Positions 34,911 through 45,209 are shown, counted from the stretch's first letter. The stretch is 52,519 nucleotides of DNA from Proteromonas lacertae (GCA_002245135.1 NGBS01000920.1:1-52519), one strand, 5' to 3'. The notes: a model not told the origin generated them from the sequence alone. Translations and numbers: made by a program.

Positions 34911-35555
34911 TTGCTTATTATGAACACTATACCACCATTACAACATACTGACTCACCTAAAAGTATCGTTAAACCTCTAGATTTCACTGAATTAGAAAGA
35001 GCATTGCCGATTGAAGATGCTGTAAAACCAGTATGTCTATTCAATGAGAAAGATGTAAAGAAAATGGATGTGCATACATATAAAGCTAATTTAGATGTTT
35101 TGGAGCATAGTGAGAGAGCAATATGTGATTGTGAGGGACATGCTGGTTTAGCATTACCAATTGGTGAAGAGAGTTTACCACGTGTGAAATTCAATATAAC
35201 TCAAATTCAGCATATTTTAGAAATTTTTAAAGAATCTCTAACTCATTATAGAATTCAAACAAGATTTTTTAATCTCAGTGTAGAAGATTGTATAGAGGTG
35301 AGTAATAGAGTAGAAGATGCTATAAAATTATGTTTGAAAGATACTGTTCCGTACTGTGCAGTAAAAGTTGGAGTTCATAATGTGTTAATATGCCTATGGG
35401 AACGTATACGTAATAATGAAAAAGAAGGAAATCACTATGAGTTGGTGCATTTTGAAAGGGAGTTAGATGAGTATGAGCGGTTAATATGGAACGTGTATCA
35501 TTGTCTTTGTAAATTTGTGGGAGTCATATCAAAAAGAGAATACTATAGACCGTAA
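34911..35555 (+). CDS. Hypothetical globular protein
   Basis: 214-aa ORF of complex composition; no family recognised. Confidence 0.65.
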   Translation: MLIMNTIPPLQHTDSPKSIVKPLDFTELERALPIEDAVKPVCLFNEKDVKKMDVHTYKANLDVLEHSERAICDCEGHAGLALPIGEESLPRVKFNITQIQHILEIFKESLTHYRIQTRFFNLSVEDCIEVSNRVEDAIKLCLKDTVPYCAVKVGVHNVLICLWERIRNNEKEGNHYELVHFERELDEYERLIWNVYHCLCKFVGVISKREYYRP

Positions 35556-35650
35556 TTAATTAATTAATTAATGGTTACTATTATTATAATAATTATAATT
35601 ACTTCTCATTATTTCTTCCAAGTTATTTATTTTATGAGTGTCAGTGTGAT

Positions 35651-35950
35651 TTGAGAATTAGACAGATAACTGTATTAGATAAGAAGGATAAAGAAAAATA
35701 CACTATTATCCCAAAATTTGAGGCGCATAGCAGTATCAAGAAATTTGAGCAAAAACTTGAGAAGGAGAAGGAGGATGATGAGGATCAGTGTGCTGAGAAT
35801 CAGGATGTAGATGACATAGATTTAGAGAATATGTATACACAACCTGCAGATTATGATATTATTCCAGTACCAACAACACCTGCTCCGATGAAAAGAAGAA
35901 CTGAGAGTGATAATCAAAACCAACAATACAAGAGAAACAAGAAGAATTAA
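35651..35950 (+). CDS. Small acidic hypothetical protein
   Basis: 99-aa ORF; start uncertain. Confidence 0.45.
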   Translation: MRIRQITVLDKKDKEKYTIIPKFEAHSSIKKFEQKLEKEKEDDEDQCAENQDVDDIDLENMYTQPADYDIIPVPTTPAPMKRRTESDNQNQQYKRNKKN

Positions 35951-35957
35951 TTATTTT

Positions 35958-36824
35958 TTAAAAATCAAATGCATCATCTTTATTAAATATAACATTATTA
36001 CCATATGGAAATATTATTTTTTGTGGGATTAGAATACAATTACCTTCAAAGTTATCCACATTATGTTCTGTAGTAGGATTTTTCATACTAAAACTACATA
36101 TATCACGAGTAATTTCAAAAAAGCATACTTGATGATGCCCACTTAATGACTCAAAAAATATATCTATTCTTGGTACATTATTTATAAAACTTAAATATTT
36201 GTTTAAAAATTTTTCTACATCTGGAGTTAAGATTGAATTAATTATTAGTTCGCTTGTTATTATTTTAACAGGATTTAGTATTTCTATTTGCAAATATGTT
36301 TGAAAAGCTGCATATCTTACAAAGCAATAACAGTTTGGTAAAACTTGTCTTGCTTGAACAATTTCTAATTGACCATCTACAGATTTTAATATCATGTTAT
36401 TTTCACCCATAGAACTCCATTTTATACGATTCTCCATTTTCCATGAACTATCTTGATATTCACTTCGATATCCTATATAGTACATTATACTATTGACATT
36501 ATAAGCAATTGAATTAGCATCACCATAAATTGTAGAATATAAAATAGATAACATATCATGTATGCTCTTTTCCCAGCTCTCTAATTTGGTCTTTCCAATG
36601 ACATTCACAATTCCATCAATTTTCTCACTAGTTGCACTATCAATACCACCACCTGATCCAGATGATCCTCCTGTACCACTATTCTTGATATCGACCAACA
36701 TTTCTCTAATCGATTTAGCATCTCCAACTTTTTCTCCCAAATTGCTTGTAATCGATGTCAGTGCCCTCGTGACAGGTGTTAGATCTGTTGATACAGCTTG
36801 TTTTTTAATAGGACGACCAAACAT
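35958..36824 (-). CDS. Putative fiber/spike-like virion protein, element B
   Basis: Likely ATG at 36824 (MFGRP). Helical stalk, GTGGSSGSGGG hinge, beta-rich C-terminus. Directly downstream of the ATPase. Confidence 0.5.
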   Translation of the reverse strand: MFGRPIKKQAVSTDLTPVTRALTSITSNLGEKVGDAKSIREMLVDIKNSGTGGSSGSGGGIDSATSEKIDGIVNVIGKTKLESWEKSIHDMLSILYSTIYGDANSIAYNVNSIMYYIGYRSEYQDSSWKMENRIKWSSMGENNMILKSVDGQLEIVQARQVLPNCYCFVRYAAFQTYLQIEILNPVKIITSELIINSILTPDVEKFLNKYLSFINNVPRIDIFFESLSGHHQVCFFEITRDICSFSMKNPTTEHNVDNFEGNCILIPQKIIFPYGNNVIFNKDDAFDF

Positions 36825-36879
36825 AAAATATAGCAAAATAAACAAAAAAAATATATTAGTGACAATATGGGGATTATTA

Positions 36880-37737
36880 TTATTCCGAATCGCTGGGATA
36901 ACTTGATGAATCAGTGGACTCATCATCGCTGCTATAGGAAATGAGGTGATCATATTTATTATTGTGATTATATCTATTATTACTATTATCTCTAATTCTA
37001 CTATCAAAATTCACTCTAAATTCATGATTATATAAATCGATATATAAAAATGAGTGATTACTCTGTTTGGTTGCATAATCATAATATGATTTGAAAACAT
37101 CGAAATCAATCCATATATCCAAACTTGCATACAAATTTCTTAAATTAGCCATACTCAGGTTTTTGAATACCAAACAGTAATCAAGCTGTAAACGAACAGA
37201 GGGAGTAATGTCAGTGACATATTGACTTGATATAATTACTTTTGACTTGTAATGACGGTTTGACTTAAGTAATTTAGAAACGGATTTATTTCTTAAATCA
37301 AATGATATATCATCGAATATAAATATATTCTCTGGGTAATCATAATTATCTTTGTCTATATCTTTGATATTATCTAATACTGCATCCAATATATTCACTC
37401 TATCTTCATTCACTACTGAATCATAGCAATGGTACTCAATTTGGTTATACTTGAGCATATCAGTGATTTTCTCATATATAATATCCTTGGATATAGTTGC
37501 AACGAAAAAATACACTACTTGGTCATATCCCTTTTTTAACAAGTGTTGGATCATATTAAATATAAGTGTAGTCTTACCACTGTTTTTCTTAGCTAAAATA
37601 AATATGTTGCAGAAAGGCTCCTGAAAATAGTCATATCCAAGGACACTATCTTTGGAGCGTTTTCCACATCCTTTGACTACTGTCTCAACAGGATTTATGA
37701 CTATGTTGTTTATTTTTTCTAAATTAACTTTACTCAT
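36880..37737 (-). CDS. A32-like DNA packaging ATPase, element B
   Basis: AKKNSGKTT, IFIFDD, SNRHYK, ISSQY. Clear paralogue of 12063-12824. Confidence 0.93.
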   Translation of the reverse strand: MSKVNLEKINNIVINPVETVVKGCGKRSKDSVLGYDYFQEPFCNIFILAKKNSGKTTLIFNMIQHLLKKGYDQVVYFFVATISKDIIYEKITDMLKYNQIEYHCYDSVVNEDRVNILDAVLDNIKDIDKDNYDYPENIFIFDDISFDLRNKSVSKLLKSNRHYKSKVIISSQYVTDITPSVRLQLDYCLVFKNLSMANLRNLYASLDIWIDFDVFKSYYDYATKQSNHSFLYIDLYNHEFRVNFDSRIRDNSNNRYNHNNKYDHLISYSSDDESTDSSSYPSDSE

Positions 37738-37799
37738 AACAAAAATAACAAAAACATAATTATAAGAAATATAACCGTTATCGATATTATGATTATTTT

Positions 37800-39281
37800 T
37801 TAAACTACACTTACAATACCACTTCCATTAATAGTGACCATACGTCCAGTGATGATATAGAAACGATGAGTGATATCATTATTAGTAAAGTCATTCTTAC
37901 CAGGTGTTGAAAATTCAAAGGTTATTTTCAAATCAGTAGCCAAAGGTCTACCTGCCTGGTTCTTAATATTGTCCAAATCCTTAGAGCCAAAATTCAATAT
38001 CTCAAAGAACTTGTCATTGAACTTCTTATCTTTTCTGAATATATCAAACCATGAGTCTTGGAAATATTCACGGACAGTCATATAGCTATCATAATATTGC
38101 ATAAGTGTATAATCTGGCTGATAGACAAAGTCATTGATCATCCATCTGAATTGTGCATTTTCAGGTACATGTGCATATCTTTTTAATGATTCTATCCATG
38201 GCCTATAGATAATGTAACGAACAAATGGTCCATTGGAACTATTCAATGTGAATGAATAATTGAATATGCCAGATCCACCTGATGGTACAACAATTTGATG
38301 GCATCTGAAATCATTGAATTGAATAGGTTTTGATAAACAATATTGTTTGGTATTATTGTTGCATTGAGTATCCTTGTTGATATAAGCATAAAATTTAAAA
38401 TTCTTAAATGTCATATTTTTAATACCACCATTCCTATCCCATGCTATAACATTATTTAAATCTTCAAAGCCATTTTCATCAATACAATATTCGATTGGTG
38501 TATATGATTTCAAATTTCCATAATTTGCTTTAGTTTGGAATCGAATGCATATATACATTCTCTCTCCAAAGAATACATCGCTCTTTAATGCAGCAAATGT
38601 ATTGTAAAATTTACCTAACTGTAATTTGAAATGTAATGTCTTTTTATTCTTATATTGAATAGCACTAGTTACTTTTTCATCACTTTCATTATAAATCTCT
38701 ACAGTATTAGTAAATTCATCATCTTCCGTTTCTTTATCCATTTTCCATTTATTAACATCTTGAATAAGATAACTGTGTTCATCGTTACTCCAATCTAATT
38801 GTATTCCATCATAGTAATTGTCTTGATAGAATATATCGCATCTCTTTCTAACTAATTCATCCATAAATACACGATATGGTTCATACGAATCATCAAGCTT
38901 GACCAGATCTGTTCCAGTCTGGTTACAAATTCTAAAAGAGGCCAAGCCAAACCCTTCTTTAATTCCTCCAATTGTACTTGGATATAAATCATCATCTTTA
39001 TTTATAAGTTTCTTACTTAAATCTGCTCTAACAGCACCTACTTCTGAACCTTTTGCTACTGGTTCTGTTTCTACATCTATATCGAATTGGATATATGACT
39101 TAGCGAGATTAATGATATTATCTCCACTTATCTCCCATCTAATCTCTTCTGTATACGTGTTATCACTTAGAGTATATTCTGATGTTGATCCCATCGGAGT
39201 CAATCTCACATAATTATAGAAGGGTAGCATCACAGGGACATCTACACCATGTTTCTGTTCTTTTGGAATAGATAAAGCCAT
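37800..39281 (-). CDS. Major capsid protein (double jelly-roll expected), element B, intact 493 aa
   Basis: IRWEISGDNIINLAKSYIQFDI resembles the Polinton MCP N-terminal strand motif. Size, beta-rich composition and position between ATPase and minor capsid agree. Confidence 0.85.
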   Translation of the reverse strand: MALSIPKEQKHGVDVPVMLPFYNYVRLTPMGSTSEYTLSDNTYTEEIRWEISGDNIINLAKSYIQFDIDVETEPVAKGSEVGAVRADLSKKLINKDDDLYPSTIGGIKEGFGLASFRICNQTGTDLVKLDDSYEPYRVFMDELVRKRCDIFYQDNYYDGIQLDWSNDEHSYLIQDVNKWKMDKETEDDEFTNTVEIYNESDEKVTSAIQYKNKKTLHFKLQLGKFYNTFAALKSDVFFGERMYICIRFQTKANYGNLKSYTPIEYCIDENGFEDLNNVIAWDRNGGIKNMTFKNFKFYAYINKDTQCNNNTKQYCLSKPIQFNDFRCHQIVVPSGGSGIFNYSFTLNSSNGPFVRYIIYRPWIESLKRYAHVPENAQFRWMINDFVYQPDYTLMQYYDSYMTVREYFQDSWFDIFRKDKKFNDKFFEILNFGSKDLDNIKNQAGRPLATDLKITFEFSTPGKNDFTNNDITHRFYIITGRMVTINGSGIVSVV

Positions 39282-39313
39282 TAGAAAACAAAAAGAATAA
39301 AGAAATATAAAAA

Positions 39314-40273
39314 TTAGACTTTAAATACAACAATATCTAAATTAAACTCAATATTATCAAGATTAAGTTCATAGCCATTTTGTTGAGTAATCTGAATAGT
39401 GATCATACCATTGTTATAGGTATTATTAAATCTCTTCGATGTATTCAATATGTCATTATTCTGATATGTAATAAATGGTAACTCAGGATTTGAAACGGGT
39501 ATATTTTCTAATACATTTGAATCCTGCATAATATTCACTATGTCTAATCTAATGGATATAGAATTAACCCATATCAAAGAAGGACGAAATGGTAATTGAG
39601 TAAATGGGAATGGCTTAACCATAATTTCTTGTTGATTCTCTGGTTCTTCAGATGGAATATATTCTTTAAAACAACACCAGTAATTGTTTTTGGGTATACC
39701 TAATATTTTGTAACTAAGATCTTTGGTGATGATCTCTAATTTTTCTATCCAATATACTGGGTCCTTTTCATAGTATATAATATTCATATCATTAGCTACC
39801 TCAATATGATATGTTTGATTATCATCGAAATTGTCTATACGAAATAAATCTCCTTTTCCTTGTATAATAGACACATGTGAACCTTCAGTATTATATGAAG
39901 TATCATTTATTCCAAAAACATCATATGTCATATTTTTTACTAAATTATTGATCATACTTAATATCTGAGTTTCATCATAGAATCCTTCTGGTATTTTGAG
40001 GTGTTTTATGATGTTTGGATACTTTGGTGTATCTACTTGAACATCATGTCTCCATCCCAATGTGAATACTAGTGAAAACTCATCATTTGTTTCTTCCTGT
40101 ATAGTTGGGAATGAATTGGGTATAACAGCATGTAATAAGCTGACATGAGTATAATCATCATCGAATGATTGCAATTTTAATGTCTTCTTATACTTGTTTC
40201 CTCCGCCCATGGAATCAGATAATACAATCATATCAGAATTTAAGTAGTACACACGATGATTCGAAACTAACAT
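39314..40273 (-). CDS. Minor capsid (penton-like) protein, element B
   Basis: VSLLHAVIPNSF, LKIPEGFY, VLENIPV, ITIQITQQNGYELNLDN. Confidence 0.82.
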   Translation of the reverse strand: MLVSNHRVYYLNSDMIVLSDSMGGGNKYKKTLKLQSFDDDYTHVSLLHAVIPNSFPTIQEETNDEFSLVFTLGWRHDVQVDTPKYPNIIKHLKIPEGFYDETQILSMINNLVKNMTYDVFGINDTSYNTEGSHVSIIQGKGDLFRIDNFDDNQTYHIEVANDMNIIYYEKDPVYWIEKLEIITKDLSYKILGIPKNNYWCCFKEYIPSEEPENQQEIMVKPFPFTQLPFRPSLIWVNSISIRLDIVNIMQDSNVLENIPVSNPELPFITYQNNDILNTSKRFNNTYNNGMITIQITQQNGYELNLDNIEFNLDIVVFKV

Positions 40274-40358
40274 AAGATAAAATCTATTTTGAAAATAAAT
40301 TCGTTAATAATGTCAATATTGTCATTATTAGTATTAATTACACTTTTATTTTTTAAAA

Positions 40359-40964
40359 ATGAATAACGATCAGGAGCATAAATATCGTACTGTGCCTTAT
40401 AACTTTTGGAACTCTGATAAACAAATACTCATTAATTGCTTTAGAAAGGATGGCAAAATGAGGGCGCCAACTAAATCGAAATTATGGAATTTGATATGTG
40501 GTGATAAAAAGGAATTAACTTATAGTGAGATCAGATATATACTCAAATACGTCGATGAACAGTATAGATTAGACTTGGAATATAGATTCAAAAATGGATG
40601 TTGGTGGGATGAGAGTAAAGAGAAATTAATTCAAAGATTAGGTATTTCTGATGTAGATGAGACTGTGCGCATTACACCTAATATGTTCCTTGAGTGTGTT
40701 AACAAGATTAAGGAGAAAAGAAACCCATCCTTTGAAAAAACTCATCAATTATTAGAAAGTATTATTATGATGAATCATGAAGCTAATATATTACCTCCTC
40801 CTCCTCCTCCTAATGATAGTAGTAATAAAGAAATAGAAGAAATACAAGTCAAGCTTGAAAATGACAATGACAATGTCAATCTCACAGATTATGACTTATC
40901 TCCAATATCACCAAGATCCATTAAGGATGAATATATTAATAATAACCAATGTCTTGTAAGTTAG
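40359..40964 (+). CDS. Hypothetical protein
   Basis: 201-aa ATG ORF with globular N-terminus and poly-Pro linker. Confidence 0.65.
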   Translation: MNNDQEHKYRTVPYNFWNSDKQILINCFRKDGKMRAPTKSKLWNLICGDKKELTYSEIRYILKYVDEQYRLDLEYRFKNGCWWDESKEKLIQRLGISDVDETVRITPNMFLECVNKIKEKRNPSFEKTHQLLESIIMMNHEANILPPPPPPNDSSNKEIEEIQVKLENDNDNVNLTDYDLSPISPRSIKDEYINNNQCLVS

Positions 40965-41055
40965 TTTATTGATAATAAATACATTACTTTGATTAATTTT
41001 GTTTTCTTATATAAGATTCTCATAAACACACATTGACTTTGATGTAATAACTGTT

Positions 41056-41268
41056 TTGCTTTCAGTTCTCGTATTTGTATCGTATATGATAGCTTTGGCT
41101 CTTTTCAAATACTTAAAGGCACACAATTGTATTCCAAACAATACAGACATAGAAGAACTTAGAAATAATATAGATGCCATGATGAATAAAGGGTTAGAAC
41201 ATGATAAGACACTTAAGGATATTCAGTCTCTTATTGAAATCACTAAACAAAGGAAAATGACTATTTAA
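41056..41268 (+). CDS. Small protein with hydrophobic N-terminus and coiled coil
   Basis: 70-aa ORF; start uncertain. Confidence 0.4.
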   Translation: MLSVLVFVSYMIALALFKYLKAHNCIPNNTDIEELRNNIDAMMNKGLEHDKTLKDIQSLIEITKQRKMTI

Positions 41269-41328
41269 TTATTTTTTAATTTTTATATTATATTATTATA
41301 TTATGTTGTTTTTATTTTTGGTTAAACT

Positions 41329-41430
41329 TGTATCTTACAACTGGCCCAAGTTGTAAGATACATCACAATTCAAGTTACAACTGGCGCCAGTTGTAACTTA
41401 TATTACAATTCAAGTTGCAAAGTGGCGGCC
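41329..41430. repeat. Array of palindromic units with 40-bp period
   Basis: 14-bp perfect stem 41329-41342 / 41349-41362. Perfect 28-bp palindrome 41372-41399. Degenerate third unit from ~41412. Confidence 0.9.
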
Positions 41431-41504
41431 GGATATAGCAATACCAAACACCAAAAACAAACACACATAACATTACATAAAAAAAGAATATATATAGAAT
41501 TACT

Positions 41505-41876
41505 TTAATTATCCATATTAGGAACTGGAATACCATACTGATAATGCCTGCCATTATGCACAACAATACGATGTGGATCATTCTTTGGCGCGGCTCGTGG
41601 ACCGGCTCGTCTTGGTTTACGTTTTGCTCTATCTTTACTTCCTTTTGGTCTTCCTCTTTGTTTAGGTGGATTAGCAGCTAATAATCGTTCATACATTTTC
41701 ATTAATTGTCTATATTGTAATTTAACTTTTGTTTTGTTTTGTAGTGCATTCTTTACTTTGTCTCTATACAAATCATAGCTCTTTCTCCATTTACTCCTGT
41801 TAACTGATTTAGGAATATATGTATTCCAGTCTTTACTAATTTTAAACCCTTTTGGCCATCCTTCATAATAAGACAT
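41505..41876 (-). CDS. Basic AT-hook DNA-binding protein
   Basis: PKQRGRPKGSK AT-hook followed by KRKPRR. Confidence 0.65.
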   Translation of the reverse strand: MSYYEGWPKGFKISKDWNTYIPKSVNRSKWRKSYDLYRDKVKNALQNKTKVKLQYRQLMKMYERLLAANPPKQRGRPKGSKDRAKRKPRRAGPRAAPKNDPHRIVVHNGRHYQYGIPVPNMDN

Positions 41877-41981
41877 GTTGTGATTTTTTATAATTGATAT
41901 TATTTAAAATATAGTAACTATTAATAGTATGTTTATCAAACAAAAACAAACATATATAATAATAATAGAATTTTTAAGTAT

Positions 41982-42428
41982 TTAATCAGAGTCACTACTA
42001 CTACTACTACTAATTCCATCAGCAACATTTCTATCAACTGGATGTATGTGATAAAAATTCCCTCCATTCCATTGATAACTCATATGATGAAAAACATATT
42101 TTTTAAATTTTTGAGGAATACAATCACCATCTGCATACTCATGTTCTCCATTTCTTAATTTTCTATTCATTACTAATATTGAAGCTCTTCTGTCATACCC
42201 ATAGGTTTTGAGGTTTATCATTAATTGATCACCATGATGTCTATAATCACCTAGTACTTCTGGATCATTTCTATTAGTTCTGAGTGAACCACATATAAAC
42301 ACCTTTACTTTATTTCTTTTTAATATTTTCATTGTTTTAATTGGAAATTGAATGACCCATCTATGTGCTCTATTGTCTCTATATCTATGAATGTAAAAAG
42401 CATATTCACCGTTAGGTTGTCTAAGCAC
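41982..42428 (-). CDS. Hypothetical His/Arg-rich protein
   Basis: 148-aa ORF; 5' end probably frameshifted. Confidence 0.5.
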   Translation of the reverse strand: MLRQPNGEYAFYIHRYRDNRAHRWVIQFPIKTMKILKRNKVKVFICGSLRTNRNDPEVLGDYRHHGDQLMINLKTYGYDRRASILVMNRKLRNGEHEYADGDCIPQKFKKYVFHHMSYQWNGGNFYHIHPVDRNVADGISSSSSSDSD

Positions 42429-42863
42429 ATATTATATGTTAAATGGTCAGGCATATTCTTTGTATTTTTTGCTATTATATATATTATTAAATTTTTATGG
42501 GTCTAATCAATAAAGTTATTGTTTGTTTAGTAATACAAATGTTTGAGGTTTGTTAAAAAAATAATATCTCACGATCCATTGACATAATGAATAATCTGAT
42601 GTGTTTCTTATTATATGGCATATTATGAGCAATCGATTGATATAGTTAGATTTCATATATGTTTCATAATCAAAGATGATTTAGATTATTGCCTGAAATG
42701 AGATATTGATATAATTGAGATGGGTATATACCCTAGTAAGTATATATAATTTATAGTTAGCTAAAGTCAATTTGTTTTGTAACAAGAGTACAAAATTTTA
42801 ATGTATTGATCAAGCTATAAAGTTTGACATTTTTCTATTTGATTTAAGTTTTTTGCAGTACAT

Positions 42864-43497
42864 ATGAATAGTGAGATTAAAACAGTTACTGTCTACAAAA
42901 GACAGTTCAATTCAAGAGTAATGAACAATGTATTTCAAGTGCAATTATATAATTTGGAGATGATCTTTAAAGCAAGGAATAAGCTAAGTCGTTATAGGTA
43001 TATTTTATATCTATATATTTTATAGATATAATGGAAAGTTTTTATGCTCAAGTTTAAAAGATTATGTTGAAAGATTTAGAAGACTTCCCTTAAAATTGAC
43101 AAGAAAATCACAGGTTGATGAATACAAGAAGCTTTTAAGCATAATTATGTTCAATTGTCACTATTACCCTAAATCTAAAAAATCATTTGTATATTTATAT
43201 ATCTATATATTTATATATTATAAATAGGTTGATAGAGCATTAGATTACTTTATTTACGATCTACTCCATGAATTAAATATATCTTCTGTAGAATTTGGAG
43301 ATGATGATTATCCATCAAACAGTATAAGTGAATATGAAGATGATAATGGAAACACTAAAGTTAATTTTATTTCTGGTGAAGGTATCAAAACAGTTGTTGA
43401 AGTAGTTGTAAAAGATTTAATAGACAATGTTTTGAAAAAGTTCAAGAAGCCAAGAAAACTTTATGACGACATAGAAGTATTTGACATTGATGAATAG
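42864..43497 (+). CDS. Spliced hypothetical protein (gene X, copy 2; 188 aa); exons 42864-42997, 43026-43188, 43228-43497
   Basis: Absent from the ORF track. GT-AG introns 42998-43025 (28 nt) and 43189-43227 (39 nt) restore one uninterrupted frame homologous to copy 1. Confidence 0.88.
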
Positions 43498-43761
43498 GAC
43501 TGCTAATTAAGTCCTTAAAATTTATTATTATATAAATTTCAATAAAAAATATTATATATCAAAATAGTGTTTGTTTGGGGTTATTATAAGTGTATGTATA
43601 TATGCGTAGCTAATTATACGCAAAATTTGTTTTTATTAAATTAGATTTCGATTATAGTCAAACATAAATAATAAATACATAGAAAGATAGAGAAAAAGAA
43701 AACAAATCAATTGATATATTTATAATGTATTCAAACTAATCCTAGCTCTAACTATAACACT

Positions 43762-44133
43762 TAGAAAAATAGATGCGTTTCGAGATTTGACTTGAACTCC
43801 ATTTTTTTTTTGTTTTTTTTTATTACATAGGATGGTCACCATATGTTGTCATATCACACAGTATGGTGGCCATCCTATCTATCATTGTTTTTTGAAACTT
43901 TTTAAGAAAATTAAATTTCGATTATGATCAGAAAGTCAAACTAAGGGCATATATGAGCCCAGCATAAATAGAGAAATCGATTGATATATTTATTATGCAT
44001 TAAAAACGTTTCTAAGGGTGAAAAAACAATATGGGGTTATGTATATTATAAAACGGATATTTTTTTGAAACGGAAAAAACAATAGGGGGTTATGTATAGG
44101 TATACATAACCACCTTTCTTTCATTATTATGTT
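43762..44133 (-). repeat. Right copy of imperfect inverted repeat, with 52-nt hairpin (43827-43878)
   Basis: Reverse-complement similarity to 27352-27740. Its outer edge coincides with the truncation point of the element C MCP. Confidence 0.88.
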
Positions 44134-45209
44134 GTAAGCATTTTCTGCATTTGATAATATGAATCCTGATTGTTTACGTATAAGAAATCAGGAGTATAAA
44201 CAAAATCGTTTAATAACCATCTAAATCTAGTATCAGGATGATCAAAAGATACTGTTTGTTCATCATTATCTACTGCAGTATACAATATATACTTAACATA
44301 AGGACCAATACTTGAATCAATTGTAAAATTGTACTGGAAATGATTAGTAGCTGTTGAATTAGTAACTGTTGTTTGGACAATATTAAAATCATTAAAATCA
44401 ATAGGATGACGATATACCCAATTTAAAGTATTGGCATTACAATCAGGATCAGTATTGTAACAAGCATATAATTCCAAATTAAATAAATCTACTTTTGGTT
44501 ATATCATATCATGATCACCTGGACCTTTTTCTGCCATGCATGTTTTAGATCTAGGTCCAAAAGTAAATTGAATGAAAATCTTCTCTCCAAAGAACATATC
44601 ATTGGATAAACTCAATATGGTATTATATAATTCTCCTAATATCATTCTAACTTTGCATATATTTGCATTATCTTCCAAAGGAATATCTTTAGTAGGACAA
44701 TTTGAACTACTAAATCCAGTTACTGTTCTGTTCTTTATTTCCCATCTTCCTGCTTGGTTATTCCATTCTTTATGTATACCAGTAAATAATTTACTATTTT
44801 GATCAAAATAGTTATCATCAATAATTACTTTCTTGGCTAATTGTGCTGCAATATCTCTATAATCATTATACTGAAAATCCAAATCACATATCAAGGAACC
44901 AGTAATATTATACACTCTAATTGTGGATAAATTGAAAGTATTAAAGAGGATTACTGTAGGATTTTCAACACCTTGAATATCCTCTGCTTTATCCCAATAG
45001 AATTTTTGTTCCCATTCCATATAGGATTGAGACAAATTAATACAATTATCAGGAGATAACTCGAATGTAACAGTATTTGAGGAATTACTTTCCTGCAAAG
45101 TAATAACATCTCTTGTTTGATTAGGAGTAATACGTATCCAATGTTGTTCTGGTTTAAAAACTTGGATATCACTTGAATATTTTTGAGATGTAGGAATTGA
45201 TAATGACAT
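44127..45209 (-). pseudogene. Major capsid protein of C: in-frame TAA at 44499-44501 and C-terminal truncation
   Basis: ORFs 44499-45230 and 44127-44477 are in frame and align with the A and B MCPs. The protein ends at YYQMQKMLTT, lacking the final FF-x-x-LNF...FYIITG region. Confidence 0.85.

Larger units (their letters stand above)
27352..44133. mobile_element. Endogenous Polinton-like virus segment B, bracketed by imperfect inverted homology; may also include the pPolB at 23268-27335
   Basis: Contains integrase, protease, core proteins, ATPase, MCP and minor capsid. Inverted similarity between 27352-27740 and 43762-44133. No TSD found. Confidence 0.8.

Noticed and set aside
41329..41430. 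CRISPR array
   Set aside because: Only 2-3 non-identical units with spacers of about 10 nt, eukaryotic context and no cas genes.
41456..43575. TGTTTGTT (Blastocystis-type downstream polyadenylation motif) at 41456(-), 41945(-), 42520(+), 43568(+)
   Set aside because: Three copies do follow gene ends, but a handful of hits is expected by chance at this base composition and most genes lack it. Insufficient to assign the host.
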